Of a stretch of DNA of 64,000 nucleotides, positions 1 through 9,928 are shown one piece after another. Position numbers and translations under genes: made by a program. The stretch is taken from NCBI GenBank assembly GCA_965215335.1, contig CBDCDA010000002.1, positions 1,056,001 to 1,120,000 of the forward strand, given 5' to 3'. Position 1 is the first letter of the stretch; the number at the start of each line of letters is the position of its first letter. Below the pieces are notes generated by a model. It ran no database searches, was not told where the DNA came from, and saw only the letters and a program-made list of their open reading frames with translations. This stretch comes from an uncultured Candidatus Entotheonella sp. Lineage in GTDB: Bacteria; Tectomicrobia; Entotheonellia; Entotheonellales; Entotheonellaceae.

Positions 1-162
1 GTGCTGACCGCGGCGACGGCCGTGTCCCTGGCGCGGATCAGGTTGCGAATTGCCGTGACCACGCTGCCCTGGTCCACGATGGTATGATCGAATGGCTGCC
101 GATGTCGAGCCCCGTCGGAAGGGGCTTGAGACTGAAATGCGGGGGGGCGTTGCAGAAGAGTC

Positions 163-1299
163 ATGGATAGAAGCCAACTCCCGGCGAAAATGTTCTGGCA
201 CCTGCGGAAAAAGTGGCACTTGCGGCACCCGCCCGGCGCGCCGGAGGTCTCCCTGGGGACGACGGTCAAAGGCCTGCAGGCGCTGCTGCTTGACGACGCG
301 GCGGCGGTCCTGTCGGACACGCTGCGTCGGGTGTTTGCACGCTCGGTGGGCATCTCCGAACTCCGCCGCCTCGACATTGCTTTTTTCCAGGAAGGTCGTG
401 AGCAACGCGTCTGGCGCGCACGAGCCAGCCTGCAAGACGGCACCGCAGGGACGTTCGGCCTCATTATGGCGCGGTCTGCGGGGGTCAGTCATGACGTGAC
501 GCAACGCGATTTCGGGCATCTGCAGCACCTGTTCGCGATACAGCCGCGCTATTGCGTGCGACCTTACGTGCAGGGGACGGCGCCGGTGGCCGGCGGCCTG
601 GCGGCGTACACCGTGGAGTGGTGCGAGGCGCACAAGGAACTGGTGTTCGAGGTGAGCCGCGACGGCGGCACCTTCCTGATCAACCATCCCGAGGCGCACC
701 AGAACTTCAGCCTGCGGGCGTCCCGCGGCGTTTGGCGGCGTTTGGCGGAAGTGTTGTGCTGGTATCCGGACCTGCGGAGCGTCAACGTGCAGGCGGGGGA
801 TTTCATCGGTCGGGTGGGGCTGGACGGCCGGGTTGATCTGAAGCTGACGACGGGGCGACAGATGGTTTCCGACACGTCCCCGGAAGCGCATATCGAGGCC
901 ATGCTGAAATGCATGATCACGGCAAGCGGCTATCTGAGCGACGGGCGGCGGCCCTTCGACCGCGGCATGCCTTACGAGTCCTTTGTGCTGCGCATGCGGC
1001 GGGTATTGGCGCGGCGGTTCGGCGACAGGGCTCTGGCGATGGCGCGGCAGCAGTGGGAGTTGTTTCAGGCTGGCGTTTTTGCCCGACAAGAGGATTGGCT
1101 GAAGGAAGATTGCGTGCTGGGAACCTTCGACCGCTGGCGGACCGACTGCCCGGCGGACGCGGCTTGGCGCGAGACGGAACAGCGGTGGCTGGCCTATGCC
1201 GAGGCCGTGCGAACTGGCCACGTGGTGCCGTCGTGGTGGTTCCCGGCGGGAGAAATTCCGGGGCTGCTGGAACGGCTGGGGCAACGGTTCAAAGCGTGA
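163..1299 (+). CDS. Hypothetical protein, 378 aa (possible divergent kinase-like fold)
   Basis: Long ORF with GC3-rich codon usage; NVQAGDFI segment weakly recalls a kinase catalytic loop; no family recognised. Confidence 0.6.
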   Translation: MDRSQLPAKMFWHLRKKWHLRHPPGAPEVSLGTTVKGLQALLLDDAAAVLSDTLRRVFARSVGISELRRLDIAFFQEGREQRVWRARASLQDGTAGTFGLIMARSAGVSHDVTQRDFGHLQHLFAIQPRYCVRPYVQGTAPVAGGLAAYTVEWCEAHKELVFEVSRDGGTFLINHPEAHQNFSLRASRGVWRRLAEVLCWYPDLRSVNVQAGDFIGRVGLDGRVDLKLTTGRQMVSDTSPEAHIEAMLKCMITASGYLSDGRRPFDRGMPYESFVLRMRRVLARRFGDRALAMARQQWELFQAGVFARQEDWLKEDCVLGTFDRWRTDCPADAAWRETEQRWLAYAEAVRTGHVVPSWWFPAGEIPGLLERLGQRFKA

Positions 1300-1315
1300 C
1301 TTCGAGCCGTCGGAC

Positions 1316-1343
1316 GGTCGGGCCAGGGCGTCCCGGCCCGACC
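1316..1343. terminator. GC-rich hairpin between convergent genes
   Basis: GGTCGGGCC...GGCCCGACC inverted repeat between the stops of 163..1299(+) and hflC(-). Confidence 0.45.
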
Positions 1344-1349
1344 TCGTTT

Positions 1350-2573
1350 CTATTGCATTCGTTCACCCATCGGCCCGCCGCCACCAGGCGTGGCTTGGCC
1401 GTCGTCGTTCAGCGTTGGTGCGGCTTGCAGCGCCGGTCCAGCGTTCCGCAGCGTCGAGGTGGACTTGAGCGCTGACGTGGCCTCCGGGACCGCCGCCGGC
1501 TCGAGGCCGTCGGGCAGGGCGGGCTCAGTGCTCATCAAGCCGTTCGCCTGATTCAGGTAGCGGTAAAAATCGCTTTCCGTGGTCAACAGCAGGCTGGAGT
1601 TGTTTTTCAGCGTCTTCTCGTACGCCGCCAGGGTCTGGACAAAGGTGTAAAACTCGGGCGCCCGGCCATACGACTCGGCGTAAATCCCCGCCGCCTCGGC
1701 ATCGGCCTTGCCGATGACCTCCTGGGCCTGACGGTACGCGTCGGAGCGCAAACGGTCGATCTCCCGCTCTTTCTCGCCGCGAATCTTGGCGCTCTCGCCG
1801 TCGCCGATTGAGCGGAAACGCGCCGCAATGCGCTGGCGTTCGGAGATCATGCGCTCGTACACCCGCTGTTCCACTTCCTGAACGTAGTTGATGCTCTTGA
1901 TGCGCACGTCGATGAGCTCGATGCCGAAATTCGGCAGGTTCTCCTGCGCCCTCTCGATCATGAGCTGCGTCAGGCGATCTCGCCCTAGACGTTCCTCCTG
2001 TCCGCCCTCCAGGGTTACGACCTGCAGGGGGGCTGCGGGTGCCGGTGCGACGGCCTGTTGCTGTCCGGCGTCGGTCTTCGCACTGGCCTCCGCCGGCGGG
2101 TCATCACCCATCCGTCTCTCGCTGACTTCGATCTCGTCCAGCGGTAGCTCGCGGGTAAAATTGCGCACTGATTCGATCAGCAGGTGCGAACTCACCACGT
2201 CGCGCGCCGCAGAGTCGATCAAGTCGTCCAAGCGGCTCTGGGCGGAGCGCTCGGTCTTGACTGCCTTGAGGAATTGCAGCGGATCGACGATGCGCCAGCG
2301 TGCCGTCGTATCCAGCTTGATGAAGCGTTTGTCCAAGGTCGGGATCTCGTCCGGCGAGCCGTCCCATTCCAGAATGCGTTTCTCGAAGCGCCGTACCCGG
2401 TGAATGAACGGTGCCTTGGCCTTCAGCCCCGGCGTGGTGATGGCGTCGCCGACCGGCTCGCCGAATTGCGTGATGATCACCAATTCCGTTTCATCCACTT
2501 GGTAGAAGGCTCCGCCGACCACCATCAACACGACCACTACGACCACGCCAACTACGGCAACGAGCTTGTTCAT
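1350..2573 (-). CDS. hflC: FtsH protease modulator HflC (SPFH domain)
   Basis: N-terminal TM, ITQFGEP, ARWRIVDPLQF, VYERMISERQRIA, YGRAPEFYTF motifs; follows hflK. Confidence 0.9.
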   Translation of the reverse strand: MNKLVAVVGVVVVVVLMVVGGAFYQVDETELVIITQFGEPVGDAITTPGLKAKAPFIHRVRRFEKRILEWDGSPDEIPTLDKRFIKLDTTARWRIVDPLQFLKAVKTERSAQSRLDDLIDSAARDVVSSHLLIESVRNFTRELPLDEIEVSERRMGDDPPAEASAKTDAGQQQAVAPAPAAPLQVVTLEGGQEERLGRDRLTQLMIERAQENLPNFGIELIDVRIKSINYVQEVEQRVYERMISERQRIAARFRSIGDGESAKIRGEKEREIDRLRSDAYRQAQEVIGKADAEAAGIYAESYGRAPEFYTFVQTLAAYEKTLKNNSSLLLTTESDFYRYLNQANGLMSTEPALPDGLEPAAVPEATSALKSTSTLRNAGPALQAAPTLNDDGQATPGGGGPMGERMQ

Positions 2574-2586
2574 CGTGTCATCTCCT

Positions 2587-3618
2587 CTACTTGGCGACCG
2601 GAACCGGATTGGTGACCGTGCCAGGCGCGTCGCTCCGCTGGAGATCGAGGAAGGGCAGCAGGGAGGCCGGCTGGTTGGCGTCAAACACGAACACCTGCCT
2701 GACCTCGGGCAGGATGTCCTGCATCGTTTCCAGGTAGAGGCGGCGACGGGTAACGTCCGGGGCCTTCCGGTACTCGGTGAGCAAGGCGTCGAAGCGGGCC
2801 ACGTCGCCCTTGGCGGAGTTGACGCGCTGAATGGCGTAGCCTTCCGCCTTGGCAATGGTGCGTTCCGCCTCACCGCGCTCGCGCGGCACCTCCTGGTTGT
2901 ACTCCTGCCGCGCCTGATTGATCTTCCGCTCCTGTTCCTGCTGCGCCTCGTTCACCTCGTTGAAGGCGCGCTTGACGGCATCGGAGGGCGGGGTGACGTT
3001 CTGCATCTTCACCGTTTCGACGCGCAGGCCGGTTTCATAGAGGTTCAGCAGCTCCTGCATCTTCTCCTGCACCTCGTCGGCGATTTCCATGCGGCGCTCG
3101 GTCAGCACCTCGGTGACGGTGTGGTCGCCGACCACGGTGCGCATGACGATCTGCGCCACGTCGCGCAAGGCGGCCACGGGCCGGCGGTTGGCGAACAGGA
3201 ATTTCACCGGGTCGGCGATGCGATACTGGACGATCCATTCCACGTCGGCCACGTTGAGGTCGCCGGTGAGCATGATCGCCTCTTCGGGGTACGAGCGCTG
3301 GCTGAAGCGCGTGCGCACGCCCGGCTCTTCGGTGCGGAAACCGAATTCCTCCTTGTGGATGCGCTCTACCTTCACCTTGCTGACGGTTTCCAGGCCAAAT
3401 GGCAGTTTGTAGCGCAGCCCCGGATCCTCCAGACGGACATACCGGCCAAAGCGCTGAACGACGGCGACTTCGTCGGCCTCGACCGTGTAAAAAACCGTCA
3501 AGAGAATGCTCAGAGCGACCAATACCAGGACGCCGATAATGACCAGTCCCTTTGGGGGACGGGGGATGTTGCCGTCAAACGACAATTCGCGATCCAGACC
3601 GTCATTGTCTCCCCGCAT
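2587..3618 (-). CDS. hflK: FtsH protease modulator HflK
   Basis: MLTGDLNVADVEWIVQYRI, YRKAPDVTRRRLYLETM motifs. Confidence 0.92.
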   Translation of the reverse strand: MRGDNDGLDRELSFDGNIPRPPKGLVIIGVLVLVALSILLTVFYTVEADEVAVVQRFGRYVRLEDPGLRYKLPFGLETVSKVKVERIHKEEFGFRTEEPGVRTRFSQRSYPEEAIMLTGDLNVADVEWIVQYRIADPVKFLFANRRPVAALRDVAQIVMRTVVGDHTVTEVLTERRMEIADEVQEKMQELLNLYETGLRVETVKMQNVTPPSDAVKRAFNEVNEAQQEQERKINQARQEYNQEVPRERGEAERTIAKAEGYAIQRVNSAKGDVARFDALLTEYRKAPDVTRRRLYLETMQDILPEVRQVFVFDANQPASLLPFLDLQRSDAPGTVTNPVPVAK

Positions 3619-3880
3619 GTCGATTTCTCCTTCCCGAGCCGATGCTGTAGGGCTCTGGCGCTGCCACCGTCGTGTCACGTCCGAAGGGTGGCGCGCCGCA
3701 AATTGTCCAGGTTTCAATACGGGCAGAGTATACGGGAAAATGTCTGGGGCGGCACGGAGGGAACGTCCGTGTCTCGGCCCGGCGCGTTGACGCTGCGCCG
3801 GTTATCAAGTACGCTACCGAGCCTGCATACTCGGCGTTCCTCCCAATGACCTTTCAGCCTTGGGTCAGCAAGCCTTGAAC

Positions 3881-4483
3881 ATGCAAAATGAGGAAATCGA
3901 GGTCAAGTTTGTCCTTGACGACCTGCCGGCCATGCGCCGGCGCGTTGTCGGCATGGGCGCGGTCCTCGAGAACCCCCGCACGCATGAAGACAACGTCACG
4001 TACGACACCGCCGAGGGGCGGCTGCGGCAGGGCGGCCGGCTGCTGCGGCTGCGGCGCGCCGGCCCGGCCCGTAACGTGCTGACCTACAAGGAACCGTTGC
4101 CGCATGAGGATGCCGATTTCAAAGTACGGCAGGAGTTCGAGGTGGTGGTGAGCGACTTCGTGCAGGCGCAGTCCATCGTCGAAAGGCTTGGGTTCGCGGC
4201 GTCGATGCGTTATGAGAAATACCGCGAGACGTTCACCTATGAGGGCGCCGAGATCGTTCTGGACGAGTTGCCGGTAGGGAACTTCATGGAGGTCGAGGCG
4301 ACGCGCGAAAAAATTCGTGCCATCACAGCCGCCCTGGGCATTGATTTCGCTGCCCGGCTGCGCGGCAGTTACGGCGACATCCTTGAAGCCGTTTGCGCCA
4401 TGTACGACCTGTCGTTGAGCGACATGACGTTCGACAACTTCCGCCATCTGACCGTTGATCTGCACGCCTGTCACCTGACGTAG
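3881..4483 (+). CDS. CYTH domain protein (class IV adenylate cyclase-like)
   Basis: EIEVKF N-terminal ExExK motif, LRLR, LTYK, YEKYRE, FMEVE. Confidence 0.85.
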   Translation: MQNEEIEVKFVLDDLPAMRRRVVGMGAVLENPRTHEDNVTYDTAEGRLRQGGRLLRLRRAGPARNVLTYKEPLPHEDADFKVRQEFEVVVSDFVQAQSIVERLGFAASMRYEKYRETFTYEGAEIVLDELPVGNFMEVEATREKIRAITAALGIDFAARLRGSYGDILEAVCAMYDLSLSDMTFDNFRHLTVDLHACHLT

Positions 4484-4508
4484 CGCACCGCCGCCTTTCG
4501 GAGTTCCC

Positions 4509-5300
4509 ATGAAGCCCCGCGTGTTGATTCTGTCCGGTTGCGGCATCAATTGCGAGCGCGAGACGGCGTACGCCTTCAGCCTGCCGGCGGTCGGCGGCGA
4601 GGCCGTTTGCGTGCATCTGCACGACCTCATCGCGCAACCCGATCAGCTCGACGACTTCCACGTCATGGTCATCCCCGGCGGCTTCGCCTTCGGTGACGAC
4701 ATCGCCGCCGGCATCGTCCTTGCCATCCGGCTGCGCTGCCGGCTGGAGCGGCCCTTGAGCAAGTTCTTGAGGAACGGGAAGCTGCTGCTCGGCATTTGCA
4801 ATGGCTTTCAAGTCCTTGTCCGCCTTGGTGTTCTTCCCGCCGCAGGGGGGCAAATGTGGGATCAGGAAGCCACCCTGACCACCAACGATTCGGGAAAGTT
4901 TGAGGACCGTTGGGTGCACCTGCAAATCGATCCCGCTTGCTCCTCTCCTTTTGTGCAAGGCATCGACCGCCTCTACTTGCCGGTACGCCATGGCGAGGGC
5001 AAGTTTCTGACGCGGGATAACGACGTTTTACACGCCTTGCGGGCGAATCACCAGATCGTCGCCCGCTACAGCGGACCAGACGGCGCCGCCGCCCCTTATC
5101 CCTGGAACCCCAACGGATCGGTCGACGACGTGGCCGCGGTGTGCGACCCGGGCGGTCGGGTATTCGGCCTCATGCCGCATCCGGAAGCCTATACGCACCG
5201 CACCCACCATCCCCGCTGGACGCGCGAATCGCTGCCGGAAGAGGGGCAGGGGGTGGCGATCTTCCGCAACGCCGTCGCCTTTGCCCGCACCCACCTGTGA
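4509..5300 (+). CDS. purQ: Phosphoribosylformylglycinamidine synthase glutaminase subunit
   Basis: GINCERET, PGGFAFGD, GICNGFQ, GLMPHPE. Confidence 0.95.
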   Translation: MKPRVLILSGCGINCERETAYAFSLPAVGGEAVCVHLHDLIAQPDQLDDFHVMVIPGGFAFGDDIAAGIVLAIRLRCRLERPLSKFLRNGKLLLGICNGFQVLVRLGVLPAAGGQMWDQEATLTTNDSGKFEDRWVHLQIDPACSSPFVQGIDRLYLPVRHGEGKFLTRDNDVLHALRANHQIVARYSGPDGAAAPYPWNPNGSVDDVAAVCDPGGRVFGLMPHPEAYTHRTHHPRWTRESLPEEGQGVAIFRNAVAFARTHL

Positions 5301-5343
5301 CGTCTGCAAGCCCATGATCGTGGTGGATGATCTGCAATAAAGG

Positions 5344-6804
5344 ATGAAGTCTGTGACACGCCCGACCTCTGATTATCAGGGTTACGTGAATCCCCTGACA
5401 GACCGCTATGCCAGCCGGGACATGAGCCGCATCTTCTCGCCGCAATACAAGTTTCAGACCTGGCGCCGCCTGTGGGTGGCGCTCGCCGAGGCCGAGGCGG
5501 AAGCGGGGTTGAACATCAGCCAGGCGCAGATCGACGAGTTGCGGTCGCACGTCGAGGACATCAACTTCGAGGTGGCCGAGGCGCAGGAAAAGATTCTGCG
5601 GCACGACGTCATGGCGCACATCCACGCTTACGGCGCGCAGTGTCCGCAGGCGCGCGGTATCATCCACCTGGGTGCCACCAGCGCCTTCGTGGGTGACAAC
5701 ACCGACCTCATCCAGATGCGCGCCGCGCTGGAGTTGATCCGCATCCGTCTGGTCAACGTCATGGACACCCTGGCGCGGTTTGCCGCCGCGCACCGGGACG
5801 TGGTGACGCTGGGGTACACGCATTTTCAGCCCGCCCAGCTGACCACCGTGGGACGCCGCGCCGTGTTGTGGCTGCAGGACCTGGTGTTTGACCTCGAGGA
5901 CCTGGAGCACGTGCTGGCGACGCTGCACTTTCGCGGCGTCAAGGGCGCGACGGGCACACAGGCCAGCTTCATGCGCCTGTGCAACGATGATGCCGACAAG
6001 GTGAAGGCGATCGACCAGCGCGTGGCGGAGAAGATGGGTTTCGAGCGCACCCTGCCGGTGACCGGTCAGACGTACCCGCGCAAATACGACAGCCGGGTGC
6101 TGGGCGTCCTGGCGGCGGTGGCGCAATCGGCGCACAAGTTCAGCAATGACGTGCGGTTGTCGCAGAGCCTCGGCGAGATGGAAGAACCTTTCGGAAACTC
6201 GCAGGTTGGCTCATCGACCATGGCGTACAAGCGCAACCCGACGCGCAGCGAGCGCATTGCGGCGCTGTCTCGGCACGTGATCTGCAACAGCCTCAACCCG
6301 GCGCTCACCGCGGCCGGGCAGTGGTTCGAGCGTACCATTGACGATTCCGCCAACAAGCGATTGAGCATCCCGGAAGCCTTCCTGGCGACGGACTCCATTC
6401 TGGTGCTGTATCAGGAAATCGCCGCTGGTCTCACGGTTTATCCGTCCGTGATCGCCCGCCGGGTGGCTGAGTATCTGCCTTTTCTGGTCACCGAGAACCT
6501 CATGATGGAGGGCGTCGTCAAGGCCGCCGGCGACCGCCAGAGACTGCACGAGAAGATCCGCCAGCACGCCATGGAAGCGTGGCACCACATGCGCGTCGAT
6601 GGCGGCCAGAACGACCTGCTCGGACGCCTGCGCGACGATCCGGCCTTCGACGCCATGCGGGCGCAGATAGCCGAAGCCCCGGCGCCCCACGCCTACACGG
6701 GCCGGGCGGTGCAGCAGGTCGACGAGTTCCTTGCAACGGTGCATCAACCCATTCGCGATCGACACGGCGCCCTGCTCGGCGCCGTTGTCGAGACGCACGT
6801 GTGA
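5344..6804 (+). CDS. purB: Adenylosuccinate lyase
   Basis: RHDVMAH, IHLGATS, GSSTMAYKRNP signature. Confidence 0.95.
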   Translation: MKSVTRPTSDYQGYVNPLTDRYASRDMSRIFSPQYKFQTWRRLWVALAEAEAEAGLNISQAQIDELRSHVEDINFEVAEAQEKILRHDVMAHIHAYGAQCPQARGIIHLGATSAFVGDNTDLIQMRAALELIRIRLVNVMDTLARFAAAHRDVVTLGYTHFQPAQLTTVGRRAVLWLQDLVFDLEDLEHVLATLHFRGVKGATGTQASFMRLCNDDADKVKAIDQRVAEKMGFERTLPVTGQTYPRKYDSRVLGVLAAVAQSAHKFSNDVRLSQSLGEMEEPFGNSQVGSSTMAYKRNPTRSERIAALSRHVICNSLNPALTAAGQWFERTIDDSANKRLSIPEAFLATDSILVLYQEIAAGLTVYPSVIARRVAEYLPFLVTENLMMEGVVKAAGDRQRLHEKIRQHAMEAWHHMRVDGGQNDLLGRLRDDPAFDAMRAQIAEAPAPHAYTGRAVQQVDEFLATVHQPIRDRHGALLGAVVETHV

Positions 6805-6836
6805 TCAGGCCGACTCTGTCCGGGAGTGGCAACGAT

Positions 6837-8108
6837 ATGCTGGATGTCCGATTCATCCGTGAGCAGCCCGACATCGTTCAGGCCGGTGCGCGCAAGAAGC
6901 GCATCGACATCGACATCCGGCAATTGCTGGAGGTGGACGAGCGGCGGCGGCGCCTGCTGGGCCGGGTCGAGCACCTGAAGGCGCAACGCAACAAGATGTC
7001 CAGGGAGATCGCCACGCTGCAAGGAGATCCCAAGCAGGCGGTCATCGCCGCGATGAAGGAGGTGGCGGCGGAGAGCAAGGGCCTGGAGGGGGCGTTGCGG
7101 GACGCGGAGGCGGCTTGCGAGGCGTTGATGCTGCGGGTTCCGAACGTGCCCGCCGACGACGTGCCCGAGGGCGAAACGGATGCCGACAACGTCGTCCTCA
7201 AGACCTGGGGTGAGCCGCCGCAATTTGACTTCACGCCGCTGGATCACGTCGAGCTTGGCGAGCGGCTGGACATCATCGACATTCCCAGGGCCGTCAAGCT
7301 GGCCGGCGCTCGCACCTATTTCCTGAAGAACGCCGGCGCGCTCCTCGAACAGGCGGTTTTGCAGTTCGCTCTGCATCACATGGTGCGCAAGGGTTTCGCG
7401 CCTTTCCTGGTGCCGCACCTGGTGAAGGACGAGCCGATGGTGGGCACGGCGTATTTTCCGGTCGGCCGGGAGCAGACGTACCGCCTGCCGGAGGACGGCC
7501 TGAACCTCATCGGCACCGCCGAGGTGCCGCTCACCGCGTACCACGCCAACGAAATTCTCACGGAGAGCGACCTGCCGACCTACTCGGTGGGGCTGTCGAG
7601 CTGCTACCGCCGCGAGGCCGGAACCTACGGCAAGGACACGCGCGGGCTGTTTCGCATCCATCAGTTTCAGAAGGTGGAACAGGTGGTGTTGTGCGCCAAC
7701 GAACCAGAGGTGTCGGCGCGGGAGCACGAGCACATTCTGGCCAACGCCGAGGAAATCCTGCGGGCGCTGGGCCTGCCGTACCGCGTCGTGCTCGTGTGCG
7801 GCGGCGACCTGGGCGTGCCGCAGGTCAAGAAGTACGATATCGAGACCTGGATGCCGGGACGGCAGGCATACGGCGAAACGCACTCGGCGTCGAAGTTTCA
7901 CGATTTCCAGGCACGCCGCCTGAACCTGCGTTACCGCACCAGGGACGGCGCGCTGCGCTTCGTCCATACCCTGAACAACACGGTGATCGCCTCGCCACGC
8001 ATCCTCATCCCGCTGCTGGAGGTGCACCAGCGCGCCGACGGCAGCGTGGCGATTCCGGATGTCCTGCAGCCGTTCATGGGGGGGATGGAGGTGATCGAAA
8101 AGCGTTGA
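6837..8108 (+). CDS. serS: Serine--tRNA ligase
   Basis: MLDVRFIRE start, GTAEVPL, RREAG, RIHQFQKVE, HTLNNT. Confidence 0.95.
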   Translation: MLDVRFIREQPDIVQAGARKKRIDIDIRQLLEVDERRRRLLGRVEHLKAQRNKMSREIATLQGDPKQAVIAAMKEVAAESKGLEGALRDAEAACEALMLRVPNVPADDVPEGETDADNVVLKTWGEPPQFDFTPLDHVELGERLDIIDIPRAVKLAGARTYFLKNAGALLEQAVLQFALHHMVRKGFAPFLVPHLVKDEPMVGTAYFPVGREQTYRLPEDGLNLIGTAEVPLTAYHANEILTESDLPTYSVGLSSCYRREAGTYGKDTRGLFRIHQFQKVEQVVLCANEPEVSAREHEHILANAEEILRALGLPYRVVLVCGGDLGVPQVKKYDIETWMPGRQAYGETHSASKFHDFQARRLNLRYRTRDGALRFVHTLNNTVIASPRILIPLLEVHQRADGSVAIPDVLQPFMGGMEVIEKR

Positions 8109-8129
8109 AGGGGTGGCTGAGGCGCTTGC

Positions 8130-8933
8130 CTAAAGACCGCCGCCGTCCGGCAGCAGGGGGTCCGGCACGGGGGCGCCGGCGTACCGCACGACGGCCTGGC
8201 CTTGAATCTCGTCCTGGCGCGCTTCCAGCGCCACCCGGTACGTGCCTGCCGATTGACTCCAGAACGCCTTGCCGCCCCGGCGCATGAGGAACAGGAACCG
8301 CTCCTGCGCCTCGGGTGGAACGTCCAACCGTTGCATCAAGTCGTCGATCTGTTCGGACGCGAGTGTGAATTGCTCGCTCTGTGGGTAAAGCGCCACGACG
8401 CGTTCCAGCGATTGACCGCGGGGATGGAAGAGAGCGATCAGCGTCTGCCCTTGGTCGGCCTGCTTGTCGATCCGGTAGTAACGCAGCACGCGGCGTTTAG
8501 CGCCGGGCGTCAGGGGTTGGAAGAGCAGGGCCTCGTAGGTGGCGCCGGCTTGCTCGAACTGCACGTCGTCGTAGGGCGGATCGAAAAAGAGGCCAAACAC
8601 CTCGGCGTCGAAGGCCAATTCGATCCAGTACGAGCCGGGGGGCAGGGTCAGACGCAGCGGGGTCTTGCCATGATAGGCTTCCGGGCCGGAATCGTGCGAC
8701 GGGACTTCCTCAGGGGCGTAAGGTTGCACGTAGACGTCCGCGGCTTCGGGAATCGAGGTCACCCACACCTCATCCGCCGCCACCTGCACGGGCAGGCCGG
8801 TGGGCATCCGCTCGCTGAAGTCGTAGGACTGATACAGGGCCTCGCAGCCACTGAGCAGCAGGGTGGCCACAACGACGAGGCACACCGGCCAGAATCTTTT
8901 GAAGTGCCCGATGACGTTCATGCCTGCCTTCAT
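8130..8933 (-). CDS. Putative lipoprotein with PEGA-like domain
   Basis: Lipobox-like LLSGC after a hydrophobic stretch; VTSIPEAADVYV...GKTPL...LPPGSY. Confidence 0.6.
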   Translation of the reverse strand: MKAGMNVIGHFKRFWPVCLVVVATLLLSGCEALYQSYDFSERMPTGLPVQVAADEVWVTSIPEAADVYVQPYAPEEVPSHDSGPEAYHGKTPLRLTLPPGSYWIELAFDAEVFGLFFDPPYDDVQFEQAGATYEALLFQPLTPGAKRRVLRYYRIDKQADQGQTLIALFHPRGQSLERVVALYPQSEQFTLASEQIDDLMQRLDVPPEAQERFLFLMRRGGKAFWSQSAGTYRVALEARQDEIQGQAVVRYAGAPVPDPLLPDGGGL

Positions 8934-9925
8934 GTTTCCACCCGTGTTGTCCGTTCGTACACCTCGGGGTTGATCACGTGCTGCGGTCGCTCGCCTTGCA
9001 GTACGGCGACGGCGCTTTGCGCCGCCATCACCGCCATGCGGGTGCGGCTGGCGACCGAGGCGCTGCCGATGTGCGGCAGCAGAACGACGTTCTCCAGGTC
9101 CTTCAACGCCTGCGGCACCTCGGGCTCCTGCTCGAAGACGTCCAGTCCCGCGCCGGCGATCCATTGTTCCTGCAAGGCGCGGACGACCGCCGCTTCGTCG
9201 ACGACCGGCCCGCGCGACGTGTTGACGAGGTAGGCAGTCGGCTGCATCATGCGCAGCTCCTTTGCGCCGATGAGATGTCGGGTTTCGGCGGTGAGCGGCG
9301 TGTGCACGCTGACGAAATCGGCATTTCGTAGAAGCGTTTCCAACTCCACCCAGGTGGCACCGAGCTCGGATTCCAGGGTCTCCGACAGGCGATGCCGGTT
9401 GTGGTAGAGGATCGTCATGCCGAAGCCGCGGGCGCGCCGCGCCACCGCTTGCCCGATACGCCCCATGCCGACGATGCCGAGAGTGCGGCCATGCACGTCG
9501 TTGCCCAGCAGGAGCAGCAGGCGCCACTCCTTCCATTTGCCAGCGCGGATATAGCGGTCCGCTTCGGGAATGCGCCGCGCGATGCTGAACAGCAGGCCCC
9601 ACGTCAGGTCGGCGGTGGATTCGGTGACGACGCCCGGAGTGTTGGTGACCACCACGCCCCGCTGGGTTGCGGCCGGTACGTCCACGTTGTCGTAACCTGC
9701 CGCCACGTTTGCCACCACCTTGAGGTTCGCGCCCGCTTGCAGAAGCGTCGCGTCAATGGTGTCGGTGACCACGCAAATCACTCCGTCCATGCCGGCGACG
9801 GCTTGACGCAGGGTGGCGGCATCGAGGGGCTGGTCCAAGGGGGCGAAGCGAACCTCGCAGGCCTGCCGGGCAACCTCGACGGCTTCCTCGGCCAGCTCGT
9901 GGGTGATGAGGACGCGGGGTGTCAT
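8930..9925 (-). CDS. D-2-hydroxyacid dehydrogenase (glyoxylate reductase/D-glycerate dehydrogenase family)
   Basis: GIVGMGRIG, NTSRG, GLDVFEQEP, LPHIGSA. Confidence 0.92.
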   Translation of the reverse strand: MTPRVLITHELAEEAVEVARQACEVRFAPLDQPLDAATLRQAVAGMDGVICVVTDTIDATLLQAGANLKVVANVAAGYDNVDVPAATQRGVVVTNTPGVVTESTADLTWGLLFSIARRIPEADRYIRAGKWKEWRLLLLLGNDVHGRTLGIVGMGRIGQAVARRARGFGMTILYHNRHRLSETLESELGATWVELETLLRNADFVSVHTPLTAETRHLIGAKELRMMQPTAYLVNTSRGPVVDEAAVVRALQEQWIAGAGLDVFEQEPEVPQALKDLENVVLLPHIGSASVASRTRMAVMAAQSAVAVLQGERPQHVINPEVYERTTRVET

Positions 9926-9928
9926 CGC

